Origin: Takakia lepidozioides
Lineage: Eukaryota > Plantae > Bryophyta
Assembly: GCA_030704615.1 (NCBI GenBank)
Contig: CM060731.1
Span: 47,120,001 to 47,184,000, forward strand
Direction of reading: 5' to 3'
Length of the DNA: 64,000 bases
Positions within the stretch are counted from its first letter, which is position 1. Every line of letters starts with the position of its first letter. This document shows, in pieces, positions 25,690 to 38,110 of the stretch. The position numbers and the translations under genes are program-made. The notes under the pieces are model-generated. The model was not told the DNA's origin. It did not search any database and saw only the letters and a list, made by a program, of their open reading frames with translations.

Positions 25690-27665
25690 TACTCATAAGA
25701 CGTTGTTTGCCGTAGCCTTGTGGCCATTGACCCCGCGCCCAGTTTGAGCGGGAACAAAAGGAACAAAACCAACCTCTGTCAGGGGCTGACGTTGATACTA
25801 AGACTTACCTTCATATAAAGAATTAATCCGGGTTTTCTAGATATCCTCTAGAAATTCCTTCACACAAGCATCAATCTGCTGTGTGTGATTTGCCCAAAAA
25901 CTAGGCCTCAGGAGGGCCTGGGCTTTTGGCTCAGCCTCGAAACTTTCAAAGTTGGTAAATAGGAGTACATGCACAATTCCCTTGATAGAATTGAAGAGAG
26001 CGTCTCTTTGGTGAGAGAACCCCGGACAGTGTATCAAAAAATGAATACTGTCTTCAGATTGCCCACACAACGGACAATTGCACTCTCCCTTTCCTCTATG
26101 CTTCTGTTAGCTGTTCAAAGGTAGGCTTCCTGCCCTGAGTTTAAATTTCAGTCTAGTGCCGAGAGTGGGTAGACCCTTGAGGTCATCCAAGATGTCGTCC
26201 CCCATGTCACTGACTAGAAACAAGTTCAGGGAAGTTTTCTGCCTAACTTCATTTTCATCAGACAATCTCATGGCAACAGACATGGCTTTGGACACTACAG
26301 CCTCTAAGTCAGATTTATCCAACAGGGTCAAGACTTGGGGATCCAGGTCCAGGTCCTTGAGAATCTCTTCTACTCTCTTCTACCAGGACTTAGCCTGTTT
26401 GACAGGGCGGTCATGTTTCCAAGATATAGAGTCGATTAACTTAGGATATCTGGTCTTGGGCATATGTTGCAGCTGACCCCACCATCTGACCTTGAATTCA
26501 TCTCGTCGGGAGCTTAAGGACGGAATGCCAAACTCACCCCGAACAGCCACATTGGCTGTTTTGGAGCATGCTGACATACACTCCTTAAGCACCCCCACTT
26601 GAATGGATTCTACAAACTTAGCATGGTTGGAGTTATCAACCCATATAGCAGATTCGTACTTCCATGCAGGTCTAATAACGCGACAAAGCATGGTTTTCTA
26701 AACCTCAGAGTTGACCCCTCTGCAGTGGAAAATTTTAGTGAGCCCCAGACCTTTGCCCTTGCCAGTTTGAACAACTTTCCGGATATGTGCATCCCAATTA
26801 CAATTGGAGGAAAACTGAACGCCCAGGTAAGTGTAGGGTTTAGGGTGGACCGGGATCTCTTGGGTACCCCACTGCCACTTAAGATCACTTCCTCCCTCTC
26901 CTCTGTCGTTGAATGCTACCACTGCACATTTGCTGACATTAGCCTCTAGCCCCCAAAGATCAAAGTATCTCTTCGCGCAATCAATCAACTCCTGGAGATT
27001 GGTTGGAGTCTCTCCTATGCCTGCGAAGTCATCCGCAAACATAAGGGCTGGTATGGTGGTATCACCCACCCTTAACCCTAAATCCCTCGCTTTCCACATC
27101 CTCGAGGAGTTGATTGATGAAAACATTGAAGAGCAGAGGGGAGAGAGTACATCCTTGAGCTACACCTTGGTCTATGTCAAAGAAGTTGGACTTCTGTCCG
27201 TTAACAGTGACACGACTATGTGAACTAAGGGCAAGAGAGGGAGAGAGATAGAGACAGAGATAGAAGGGGTCTTAGGGATCCCACCGCGGGCTTGTTACCC
27301 TCCTTGGTTGGGGTGGATGTCCTTAAGGGCCGGTTGGAAGGAGTCATGTGAACGACGATCTTCTCAGCACTCTCAGTCTTCCTCCTCTCTCTGCTGAGTA
27401 GTCAGCACTGGGAGTCGCTCCACTATCCTCCCCCGGGTTGGTCTTCAAGTCGCTGGACTCCTTCTCCGCCACCCCCATGTGAACAGGACTCCTCTCCCTC
27501 AAACGAGTACTCCTTCGCACTGGGCCGTTCCACACATAGCGGGCAATACGCGGGGGTCTCTCTTTCTCTCTACTCTCCCACAATCGTCCGGGTCACTCAC
27601 AACAAAACGCCCTCACAAGCCCAGGAAGCTCAAAAAGCGAAGCACACACATTTAGTACGCTCGCA
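25690..27665 (-). mobile_element. Non-LTR retrotransposon (LINE, possibly RTEX-like), internally deleted, nested in the CACTA
   Basis: RT motifs QGVAQGCTLSPLLFNVFIN, LMFADDF, YTYLGV, WDAHI; C-terminal FKLRAGSLPLN...CPLCGQSEDSIHFLIHC zinc finger; ends GRGVNGHKATANNVL*. The endonuclease and early RT are missing (break at ~27222). Confidence 0.85.
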
Positions 27666-28683
27666 TGAGAGACATGAGATGTCCAAGTGCCGGGTTGCAT
27701 CCGACGGTCCACGTCCATCCAATGGCGGAGATGGGATGTGGACACGTCGTTTTTTTTTTAAAAACCTCAACTACCTTTCATGAAACAGACGTAAGTCTGG
27801 CGTGGAAGCAACGTAGGGGAGACCATCTCTCGGTTCAGGTGCTGCGATCGCATTACAAGTGCAGGGAAGGAGGGAACAATGCAATGAAGGATGGAAGGAA
27901 TCATCGCATGGACAGTATTCGAGCAGGGAGACAGCTTCGACTTACAGTGCAGTGCCTTTGGAGCTCCAATCCAACAACCAAGCTTTGTTTTCAGCTACCC
28001 TGATAGCACGATACCGTTCATATTCCACCATCCCTTCGCATTCTCCTACGGTAAGTGACTCCTCTTCTCCTCCACTTTCGCTCTCTTCTGAACCAGGTGC
28101 TCTTGCCAAATCGCCTCCAGTGCCATCGTCGTTCAAATGTTTTGGGTTGCATTCACTCTTTGCCATAGAACCTGCACTCTCCTTCAGCAAAATTGAAAAG
28201 AGATTGAGCCTAACTAAACCCTACAAGTGCACATTCAGATTGAGCGATGGAGGAGGCTGTAAATTTAAGCACATGACAACAGACGGGCTAACGGCTTCGT
28301 GCTAACTACAAATGCATATGATGGGCTGGGTTACTGCTCACAACCTTCAAGACATCCTATCTTAAAGCACTATAACTTATACCTAGAAGTAGGGTCTGCT
28401 AGATCACCACGTAGTGATTCAATCCACTCTGAATATTACTAAGAAGGTGGTTTGTAGATGACAAGAGGCAATTTTTTCCATTTTCTGCACTGTCAGAGTC
28501 ATACTCACTCTTTTTGTAGTTCTAAAGTTGAAATATGAGGTATGAAACAACCACTCAGAAAGTGGTACCCTACAACTCTATGAGTAGAGACGTACAGTAG
28601 ATTGTTGAAATTTTTGCTTTTTAGGGACTTGGTATATTAATCTTGATTCTCCCTTCATACCAGGAAATGAATTCCTTAGCATC

Positions 28684-31600
28684 ATGGAGCCTGACAAAGC
28701 AGCTGCCGTGCTGAGATTACAACAACGCAACGATGCTCTTTTTCAGCGTGAGGTTGCGCGGTGTCGAGAGTATGGTCTCAACAAGTTAAGATGCTTGCAA
28801 TCACTGTAAGGGTGGACGACCGGTCTCTATAGAGAGAGTGAGAAAACATCTAATGGCCATAGATCCCCTGCGTTCAGATCCTGGAAAGGAGCAAGGAGGC
28901 ATGCTTCTGACGATGAATGGGAAGACACGGCCGTGGTGGTTGGTGACGACCTAGCTTTAGCAAATCATCGGACACAGGGAGAATTGGACAAAAATGTTGA
29001 GGTACAGCGCATGATCCAAGAGACCTTTCAGATCATAGACACACCTGAAACTGGAAATGGGGCAGAAGTGGAATTAGATGACCTAGATGTTCCCGGTGAC
29101 ACGAACATCCCTTCCTTAGCCCATGACCCGGTTGTGGGTGGGGACTCTCACACTGATGATCCCATCTCATTGGAAGAGGCATGTCTACCTTTGTATGAAG
29201 GTTGTAAATCCTCTAAGCTTGCATCCACCATGCTTATAATGAATCTATGTGCAACACATGGGGTTACAAATGGCTTTGCGGATGAAATGTTCTCTTTGCT
29301 GCAGAAACCTTGTTGCCACAACCAAACGTACTACCCACATCTTTCTACCATGCAAAGACCATGGTGAGCAAGCTTGGGCTTGCTTATGAGAAGATCGATG
29401 CTTGCCCAAAGGGGTGTGTGTTGTTTAGGGGGCACTTGAAAACTTCAGAGAGTTGCCCCAAGTGTCAAAGCGCCCGATTCAAAAATGTGGGGAGATCCAA
29501 GGTACCTGTTCAGGTGCTTCGCCATTTTCCATTGATACCACGCCTTTTGCGTATGTATAGATGTTCTTCTATTGCAGAATTAATGACATGGCACAGTCGG
29601 AATGCAAGCAACGATGGCCTTGTGCGCCATGCAGCTGATTCAAAGGCTTGGAAACACATTGATGCTACTTGGTCCGACTTTGCAGCAGAGCCTCACAATG
29701 TAAGGCTTGGTTTTTCCTTCGATGGAGTCAACCCGTTTGGTGATAAGAACAATTGCTGGTCAACATGGCCAGTGTTGACGCTGGTATACAACCTACCTCC
29801 TTGGCTCACTACAAAGAAGTTCTTTGTCATGCTTACTCTCTTGATTCCAGGAAAGCAGTGAGTTACAAGTGAGCACATAGATGTGTACTTAGCACCACTG
29901 ATGGAGGAGTTACTTGTTTTGTGGAGGGGGGTTCGGGCATATGACATACGCAAACATGTTGGTGAGAGAACCTTCATACTACGCGCCATACTACTGTGGA
30001 ACATCCACGATTTTCCTGCTTATGGCACTTGCAGGATGTGTCACAAAAGGCTACAAAGGGTGTCCAGTATGCGGTTCTCATGTAGATACAAGACACTCAA
30101 AAGTTCTGGGCAAAATTGTCTACCAAGGTCACCGCAGGTTCCTCCCGCAGGCCCATCCATACCGCAGGAACCGCATACACATCAATGGACAGGTGGAGAT
30201 GCGTGCGAAGCCACCTCTGTTCACACCGGTTGAGTAAGAGGCCGCTGGTGTTGAGGCTGAAGGTTATGACCTTGACCCCCGTGCTTTTCTTGATGCTGAA
30301 GTTCATCCAGCCAAGGTTCATGGTATCAAAAGGCGCAGCTGCCTATGGGATTTACCATATATACTGGAAGATACCCCCTGCACTTGTACTTGCTTGAGTT
30401 CAATGTTCTTTGTAAATGGAAAAGGTAGTGCCCTTGTAGTGGTTACTTCTTACTTTAAAGTAGCAGTATTGCATGTAATTTGGACTTCACATTAATAACT
30501 CGTGGAGTGGTAAAAGGTAGTATCCATGATGCTCAGGAAATTGTTGACATCACTTGAGAGGCTAATAATGCACTAAAGGAGTTGTTTGAACCACTGAGGA
30601 GGGACTGTCATGCATCACAGCCACTTTAGACATGGAAGTATATAGTGCTCATAAAGGAATCTGATTTGTATAGGACTGCAATCTGTCGGAATGTTCCTGA
30701 AATGGTGTCACCAATTGCAGGATCTGTTGCAACGCTACTTACTGGATCCCATGCATTGCGAAAAGAATTTTTGTGAAAACTTGTTGAAGACGATTTTCGG
30801 ACGGAAGGACACGGTGAAGGTGACGAACGACATGGAGGTAATCGGCATCAGACGTCACTTGTGGCTTCGGCCTGATCCACAGAACCCTTCACGTATCATG
30901 AAACCAACAGCACCGTATGTTCTCACTCCCGCTGAAATCACGATATTTCTTGATACTTTGGGGGCTATCAAAACTCCTTCGGGATTTGCAGGTGCATTTC
31001 AGAAACACATACACCCGTCTAGGAAACATTTGACGAGTATGAAGTCCCATGATTATCACGTTTTAATGCAACAGATTTTACCTGTGTGTATTCGCCATTG
31101 CATGGCGGGGGGCCCACGTGGGGTCATTATGCATGTGAGTCGCATTTTCCGCCGGATTTGTGCCAAAGTATGGGACCCTAATGAAATAGATTCATTTTGT
31201 GAGGATATTGTTATAACCTTGTGTCTGTTAGAGAAAGAGTTCCCCCTTCTTTATTTGATGTCATGACCCATTTGCTAGTTCATCTCGTAGATGAACTAGA
31301 TACATGTGGTCCGGTATCTTCACGGTGGATGTATCCCATGGAGCGTTACATGAAAGATCTCAAGGGATACGTTAGGAATTACGCAAAGCCAGAAGGGAGT
31401 ATGGCTGCAGGGTATGTTCTTGATGAGGCCATGAGGTTCATGAGTGAGTATATGCAATCATTTGATGCAACTCAACGGCGGATTTGGGATACAAATGCGG
31501 AGGAAGGGGTTGAGAACGAGGTCTTGGAAGGTGTCGGCAAAAAATGGGACAAGAGTGGAGCTGAGAGAGATGCAGCATATTTGTATGTGCTGAACAATAC

Positions 31601-32844
31601 CAATGTGATGGTTCCTTGGGTACAGCGAGTTCTTCTTTTCATTGCATCTTATTCATATCAAGTTCAAATGCAATTGTGACTGTCACCAGTGTAATAGAAC
31701 CACCCACAAAGTCACAAATGTCAGTGGTTCATCGTGATGATAACCACTTCTGTAGTAACTGAATGTCTAAGTGAGTGACTTTTTGGAAGAGCATGTTCAT
31801 TTACAAGTCATTATGCTCACTCATCCAGTGGTTTTCAAAGTATCATTCATGCTAGGTATTTTTTGCAAAGTAATGCAACACTTCATTGCTAACATGTGTC
31901 ATTCTTGTTGCCATTTTGTGACAGAAAGTATACAACAGAGAAGGCACAGTTCACTGCAGACAGAGAGGCATGTGCTCGTGAGTGGCGTGCCAATCGTCGA
32001 CGTCACCGCCGCCTTCCGGTGCCATACCCTCCCCATTTGTTGGAGTTTCCACCCCTACCGGTATGGATACACTATGCAGTCCAGGCCCATGTCTCTGAGC
32101 ATGGTGTTGAGGATACGGATGTAATTCATTATCTACTCTCCCCTCATTGAGATCAGTTTCATTTCGTGGCATGACCATTGAATTATACTAAAGCGTATGG
32201 AAATCATTATCGAGTGGATGACACGGAGAGTCGTCTTCTTGTCTCTTTTGATTCCGGAGTTGCATCCGTCTTCCAGCAACAGAGCATAAATAGTGTGCGT
32301 GATAGAAATCCAGTCATGTCACCATTAGAGTATGTTGGGGTCATCAAAGAGATCTTCAAATTGGATTATGGACGAGTGCACCCCATTGTATTTCGTTGTG
32401 CCTGGGTGAGGGCCAACCTCGTTGGACAAAATGCTACAATGAAGCGGGATTCGTATGATTTTCTACTTGCAAATTTTGGGAGGATGTTACCCGCCAATGA
32501 TCAGTCGTTCAGCTTTCCATCTCAAGTTGAACAGGTGTTCTTTTCGGATGAGTCCCCAAGTTCAGAGTAGAAGGTAGTCCTTCGGAAAGATCCAAGAGCA
32601 AAAAAGATTGTGGCGGACATAGATCAATGTGACATTGGCGAAAATGCAGATTTCGATGGCATTCAGGCGCCGTCCACCTAATTATCAGATCAACCAATAC
32701 CTAGGTCATTAGATGATGCTACGGCTCTAAATAATGAAGACCTGGCTATGTTGGCTACCATTCAAGCGCGTTTGTGCAACCAACTGCTATTCCAGTTGAG
32801 CAAAGTGATTCAGAGGATAACGAATATGTTTCAGATTCAGAATA
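28684..32844 (+). pseudogene. CACTA TnpD transposase, frameshifted, with probable introns
   Basis: KIDACPKGCVLF..CPKC, LRHFPLIPRL, ADSKAWKHID, FDGVNPF, STWPV..YNLPPW, HDFPAYG, DPMHCEKN, MKSHDYHVLMQQ, WMYPMERYM, KPEGSMAAGY. Confidence 0.93.
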
Positions 32845-34710
32845 AAGTTTATTGTTGGAACCATTTGTTCAATAGCATCATGCCACAATGGTCTGGCCAC
32901 TTGTCTGTTTTTCAAAGTCTGTCACAGCTGCACAAACCACTTAAAATTTTTCATGTATCACCCAAAAAGTGATACCAATCACTTGTCTGTAGGCAACCAC
33001 TCATGAACAACCACTAGAATAGTGGTTCCAATTACTGCAGTATCTTTCACCACCCACTCTCCACCACTATCAAAGTGGTACAAATCAATGAGGTGTCTTT
33101 AACCACTCAAGATCAACGTGCAACACTGTCCCCGTCCACGTGGAATATTATATTTATGAATTAATACATATTTCCAAATCATAAATCACAAATAAAATTT
33201 GAATTATTACACGTGGAGTAGCAAGTGGTTTCAACCACTTCCCATCACTGAGGTGTCTATAACCACTCACAATGTACCACTGCACTCGTCCACGTGGAAT
33301 ATTATATTAATTAATTAAAATGTATTACCAAATAAATAAAAATAATTTATTACACCTGGACTACTGAGTGGTTGAAACCACTTCCAACCACTGTCTGTGA
33401 TGCCACCGTGGCATTTCATCGGATAAACCACTGGGAAGTGGTTACTAGTGGTTTATAGAGTGGAAAAAGACACTAGTTGTTAAAGGGCCAGTGGTTATTC
33501 CACGTTTTTCTTCTAGTGATAGGATTACTTGCTTAAGTACTATATAAATCAAAGCACTCAGGAGAACCGGGTGGTGGATTTTGGTCTCAGATCTTGTACG
33601 GTTTACCTATGCAGTGATTGGATGAAAGTGTATGATAAGGGTTAATACTTGTGTTAGATCCTGTCTAGTGTGACTCAATCCTGCCGAGCTACAACCCTCA
33701 TACGGGTAATACCGGACCAAGAAAGGGGAATATATCCCCGCCCCCGGAATCTAGCCTCACACTGTCCCTTGTTCTATTTAATTTAAAAAAAAAAAACCAA
33801 CCAAGGCCCCTGAGGGTGAAAACTAGACACATGGATGCATGCTAGCTCTCCCTTGGTATAGATGTATCACATTCATCCATTTACTTTAGTTCTCTCTCTC
33901 TCAAACAGATGTTCCCTTCTCCAGTCTCAGCTCTGAGACGCCTTCTATGAAAATCCAGGGACCCGTTTTGGCATAAGCCATGAGGCATATTGTTGAGTGA
34001 CTTTTGTCATCCAGAACAGATCTGTATGGGAGACTGGTCTTACAACTGTAGAGATGAAATGAATAGATGAATGCATCTGTTAGGAAAGGTGTGGGCTGGG
34101 AATCATCTTTTGGTGTGGCGCCCACTAGAGCTACCACACTGATATTATGACTATCACCCACGGAGCAGGAGTCTGTCGTCTGTGAAGCCTTAATGTGCAG
34201 AGATGGGAGTAAAGCCTCCCCGAAAAGTGGGAGAACTATGGTGCAGATGTGATCTTACTCATACTTTGTTTTTAATTCGAGTGCGTTAGTTATGTGCTTG
34301 GTCTGTTGTGCAGCTTCATCTGAGTAATTGGGAAGTGGAGGAGCCCTGTGTTGGTGGGAGGTCGGAGGTGGGCAGTGATCCCTGTTGCTGTGCATGTCAG
34401 AATGCATGTTCAGGCTAGGGAAAGATTTGATGCTCATGTTGGGTTGAGTTGACAGTTTTCTCGTGAAGGTCCATATTTCAGGAGCCCGCCCAAGTGACCA
34501 GCAGACGTTTAGTGGAAGGAGTTTTACAATCTCCATGGTGGCGTAGTATTTGTGCAAGCATTAACAGGTATTGGTCACTTGGGGAGGGGAGATGGTGGTG
34601 CGACCCTCCTCTTGGAGTTGAAGTTAAGACTTGAAGAGCGAGGAGACCGTGGAAGCAGAGACGGCGGAATCTGACGGTCGTTCTGAAAGTGTTTGAAGGG
34701 CGAGGAAGGG

Positions 34711-35322
34711 ATGTTTTCCCTGCTATATGGGCTGTGGAAATACATCTTCAGTAAAGCAGAATTCCATGTTCTTATTCTAGGGATCGACAAGGCAGGGAAG
34801 ACAACTCTTTTGGAAAAGCTCAAGACGCTCTACTCTGATTTTGAAGGGCTTCCACCGGATCGTATAGTGCCTACTGTTGGGCTCAACATTGGGCGTGTTG
34901 AAGCCCACAAATCCAAACTCATTTTCTGGGATCTGGGGGGTCAATTAGGGTTGCGAACAATCTGGGAGAAGTACTATGAGGAGGCTCATGCTGTTCTATA
35001 TGTGGTGGACTCTGCCAGTCCATCGCGGTTTGAGGACACTAAATCGGCCCTAGAGAAGGTTTTGAGACACGAAGACCTGCAAGGGGCTCCTATGCTGATC
35101 TTTGCTAACAAACAGGATTTGCCAGGGGCAGTTTCTGCGGAGGAACTCTCTCGTTACCTGGATCTGAAAGAGCTCAGCGAGCGCCCCTCGTTGGTCCAAG
35201 CCATGTCTGCAATTGATGGGTCAGGTGTTCGAGAAGGAGTACTGTGGCTGGTGGAGGCCATGAAGAAAACCAAGCGCACTGAAGAGCTGAACAAGAGGGC
35301 GGAGTCGGCTGTCACTTTGTAG
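34711..35322 (+). CDS. ARFRP1: ADP-ribosylation factor-related protein 1 (ARFRP1/Arl3-type small GTPase), intronless, 203 aa
   Basis: MFSLLYGLWKY N-terminus (no Gly2), GIDKAGKTT P-loop, PTVGLNI, WDLGGQ, ANKQD, SAIDG. Uninterrupted ORF. Confidence 0.93.
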   Translation: MFSLLYGLWKYIFSKAEFHVLILGIDKAGKTTLLEKLKTLYSDFEGLPPDRIVPTVGLNIGRVEAHKSKLIFWDLGGQLGLRTIWEKYYEEAHAVLYVVDSASPSRFEDTKSALEKVLRHEDLQGAPMLIFANKQDLPGAVSAEELSRYLDLKELSERPSLVQAMSAIDGSGVREGVLWLVEAMKKTKRTEELNKRAESAVTL

Positions 35323-37974
35323 GGATGAGTTAGTACAGGTGTTGGCCCGTACTCCCTCTTTCTGTGTCCCTCTGTGGATGTTCTTGTCTTTCTTACTTCG
35401 TCTCTTTGATCTCTTTGAGCCTTCAGCAGACATTATAAAGTTCCATTTCATTTCATTTCTCTTTCTGGTTGCAGTTGTTCTTGTTGTTATCCTTGAAGTT
35501 GCCATTGTTCCCATGGCCCACTTTTAAGTCTCTTTCTCTCTTTCTTTCTTTCTCTCTCTCCCCTCTATCAAGGTAAGTCACACTACCAGAGTGAGCCCCT
35601 CACAAGGGTAGTATCTGTTCCCTTATGTTCTGCCCAAACTGGGCGCAGGGTCTCTGGCCACCAGGCTACAGCAAACCACATCTTAGGAGTACATTCTTTC
35701 TCTCTCTCCCTCCCTGTTGCCTTCAGGGCCTCTGTGAGTCTTGTGACAACTGTGCAATTTCCATGTGCACTGGAGGATGGGACCAGCGATTCAGCTCATA
35801 CTGAGTAACCTATACTGCTAAGACACCTCCCTCTCACCTACCTACCTCTTCATATCCCCACATGAGAGCTTTAGGCTATGTCTGAGTCAGTTCTCATGCT
35901 CTATGTGTTGAGATTGAATAAGATACTTTGTGAGGATAGGATTTCTCCAATTTGTACCACTCACGACAGAACATTGTTTCTTGTGCTCTTAACTTTCTAG
36001 GAGATCCAGAGAAGATACTGGGTTCATTCTAGAGATTCCTAGTCCTGGCAAAGGCCTTTATATGTGAGGACCCTGTGTTTAGGTACAATATTTGATTTTT
36101 ATGGGACAGATTCTCAGACTGATTCAGTCCAGTGCTACTTCATCTGCACCGAGTCTTTGGCGGATGTTGACACCAAAGATTTTACTTTCAAATATTTCTT
36201 GAGAGTACATGCTGCTCTGGGATTCACCATTTGAGTCCAGATGAAGTGGTGTCGGTCAATTATCTTTTCATCACAGCACATGTATGATGCTTTTCTTTTT
36301 GTAGCTGTGTGGCTGATGGACTCTTTGTCCCCCCTTGGTCGGAGTCAGAGAAGGTGGGCAGAGTAGAGTGGATCAGAAGACAGGCAAATAGAAGGAAGAA
36401 ACTTAATAATGTCCATGGAAAGCTCGGAGACCTTGGGGACAAAGGAAAACAGAAAACAGCAAAGTGGGGCCCCCAACTATCAGCCATTACAACCATTGAG
36501 AATCTTCTCAACCATGGCCCCAAAACTTAGGCCCAAAATCACACTGAATTATGAATTGCCTTACTGTGCAGAGAATATCCTCAATCATCTTAATGTTGAC
36601 TTGTGACAAGTTGACGTCCATGGACATAGACTTCGATTGTGCGAATTGCAACCTGGATATGCAAACTGATCAGTTGATAGACCAACAAACACAAAAGCAC
36701 ACCATATCACAAGCGGCACTCACTGAGACTCTGCAGTTATCAGTTGCTTTTATAGATATCCTACAAGAAAGGCTCTCTGGATATAGGCTGGCTCTCTAAT
36801 TTGATACGGCATCTTCATTCCTTCATACTCTTGAAGACAGGCAACTCAGGCTGGCACTCAGGTCATGCTGACAAATGAAGCAAAGACGTCTCCTTCAGCA
36901 AGAACTTGGTTACAATGGTTTTTTGTACTGCTGCAAGTAGACCATGGGCAAAATGGGTAAAACCCCCTAGGATTAGTGGAAGGATGCTTATGCATGATAT
37001 TATTGTGCCATTACTGGAGGCATTTTCAGATTTTCCTGTTCTTGGAGTTCCAAACTGCCCTTCTGATGATTGCTAAGTTTAGCAATGTCCCTTTGCCTGC
37101 TGGGTTTCAGCATTGCAGGCCTGGGGCCTGAGCTTCTTGTGATTCTATTATTGCTTTTTTTCAGGCTGACGGCATTCAGTTAAAGCCATTTCCATGGAGT
37201 AGGTTTGTAACCAAAGAATCGTTTTGCTCCTCTTTGGTTTTGAAGTCAATGTGGAGGTTGGCTGACAGACCTCTGGGAACGTAGAACCATTGGGATTTAA
37301 AAAATAAAGTGTTGTCGCTTGAAAGATAAGGACGAAAAAGATTAAGGACGACGAGACACCAAGGCAATAAGGACACAGAGGACTCAAGAACAGATATCAT
37401 AATAAAAGTAAAAAAGAAGAAGAAGATGAGGGGATGTAGCATTTGCGCAACAAATAAACAATTATGTATGGAATAAAATTAAGAATGTCCTCAAAATATG
37501 GGTTAACAGTACCAAATGCCGATCTTATCACATATTTAGTATCATCCAACTACGTAATTATAAGCAAAAGAATATTTTCCTGAATATATAGACAGTCATT
37601 ATCGAATATCATAAGATAATATTCTCCAATATAGCGATTAAGTATAAAGTAAGAAATACACGATCCTAATTACATACAACTACAAATATATAGTTATAAT
37701 GTAATGACAGCAGCCTGTAATGATATCCTAATTTCCGCGAGATTCAATATCTACAATATTATGTAAAATATTCTTTCATCTGATGAAAGTTCTCCTATAG
37801 CAAAACATACACCGTTCTACTTAGACAATATATAGATATAATATTAATATATAGATACAGAAAATATATTAATATTATGTTGTATGTTATATATAAAATA
37901 ATTACGACATTTCTATATATTTTTAATCTAGTAAACTGCATATATGATTATTTTTGCCACTGTATCGAGCGTAA

Positions 37975-38110
37975 CTTATGGTGTCACTTGACCCCAAAGG
38001 GCTACTGCCTTTTAGCAGGAAGGTAGACACTTTCATGACACACCAGACGGTGGTTCGAACCCACAACCACATCCAACGTGGTATGTGCCCATTACCACTG
38101 GGCTACATGC
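37975..38110 (-). mobile_element. tRNA-derived SINE, copy 1
   Basis: The minus strand has an A-box TAGCCCAGTGG and a B-box GGTTCGAACC, followed by a body shared with 57657-57830. Confidence 0.65.

Larger units (their letters stand above)
19996..33518. mobile_element. CACTA (En/Spm) DNA transposon, ~13.5 kb, inserted in the gypsy 3' LTR
   Basis: TIR CACTAGAAGAAAAACG(C/T)GGAATAACCACT matches 28/29 at the two ends. 3-bp TSD ATA (19993-19995 and 33519-33521). Many subterminal ACCACT/AGTGGT repeats. Carries TnpA-like and TnpD-like genes. Confidence 0.95.
13158..33761 (+). mobile_element. Degenerate Ty3/gypsy LTR retrotransposon (extra ORF-gag-PR-dUTPase-RT-RH-INT), with its 3' LTR split by a CACTA insertion
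   Basis: Domain order PR-RT-RH-INT. PBS at 13243 and a purine tract AGAGGGG at ~19668. A 37-bp identical block (13194-13230 = 33704-33740) marks the LTR 3' ends. Many stops and frameshifts. Exact LTR termini are ambiguous. Confidence 0.85.

Noticed and set aside
34693-34710. ORF-track start at 34693 for the GTPase
   Set aside because: It is a TTG start. The ATG at 34711 gives the canonical MFSL N-terminus.
37440-37960. AT-rich tract as organellar insertion or origin
   Set aside because: No recognisable organellar gene or repeat structure; composition alone is insufficient.
37975-38110. Functional tRNA gene
   Set aside because: A and B boxes are present but there is no convincing cloverleaf, and a non-tRNA body is shared with a second copy. 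This fits a SINE.
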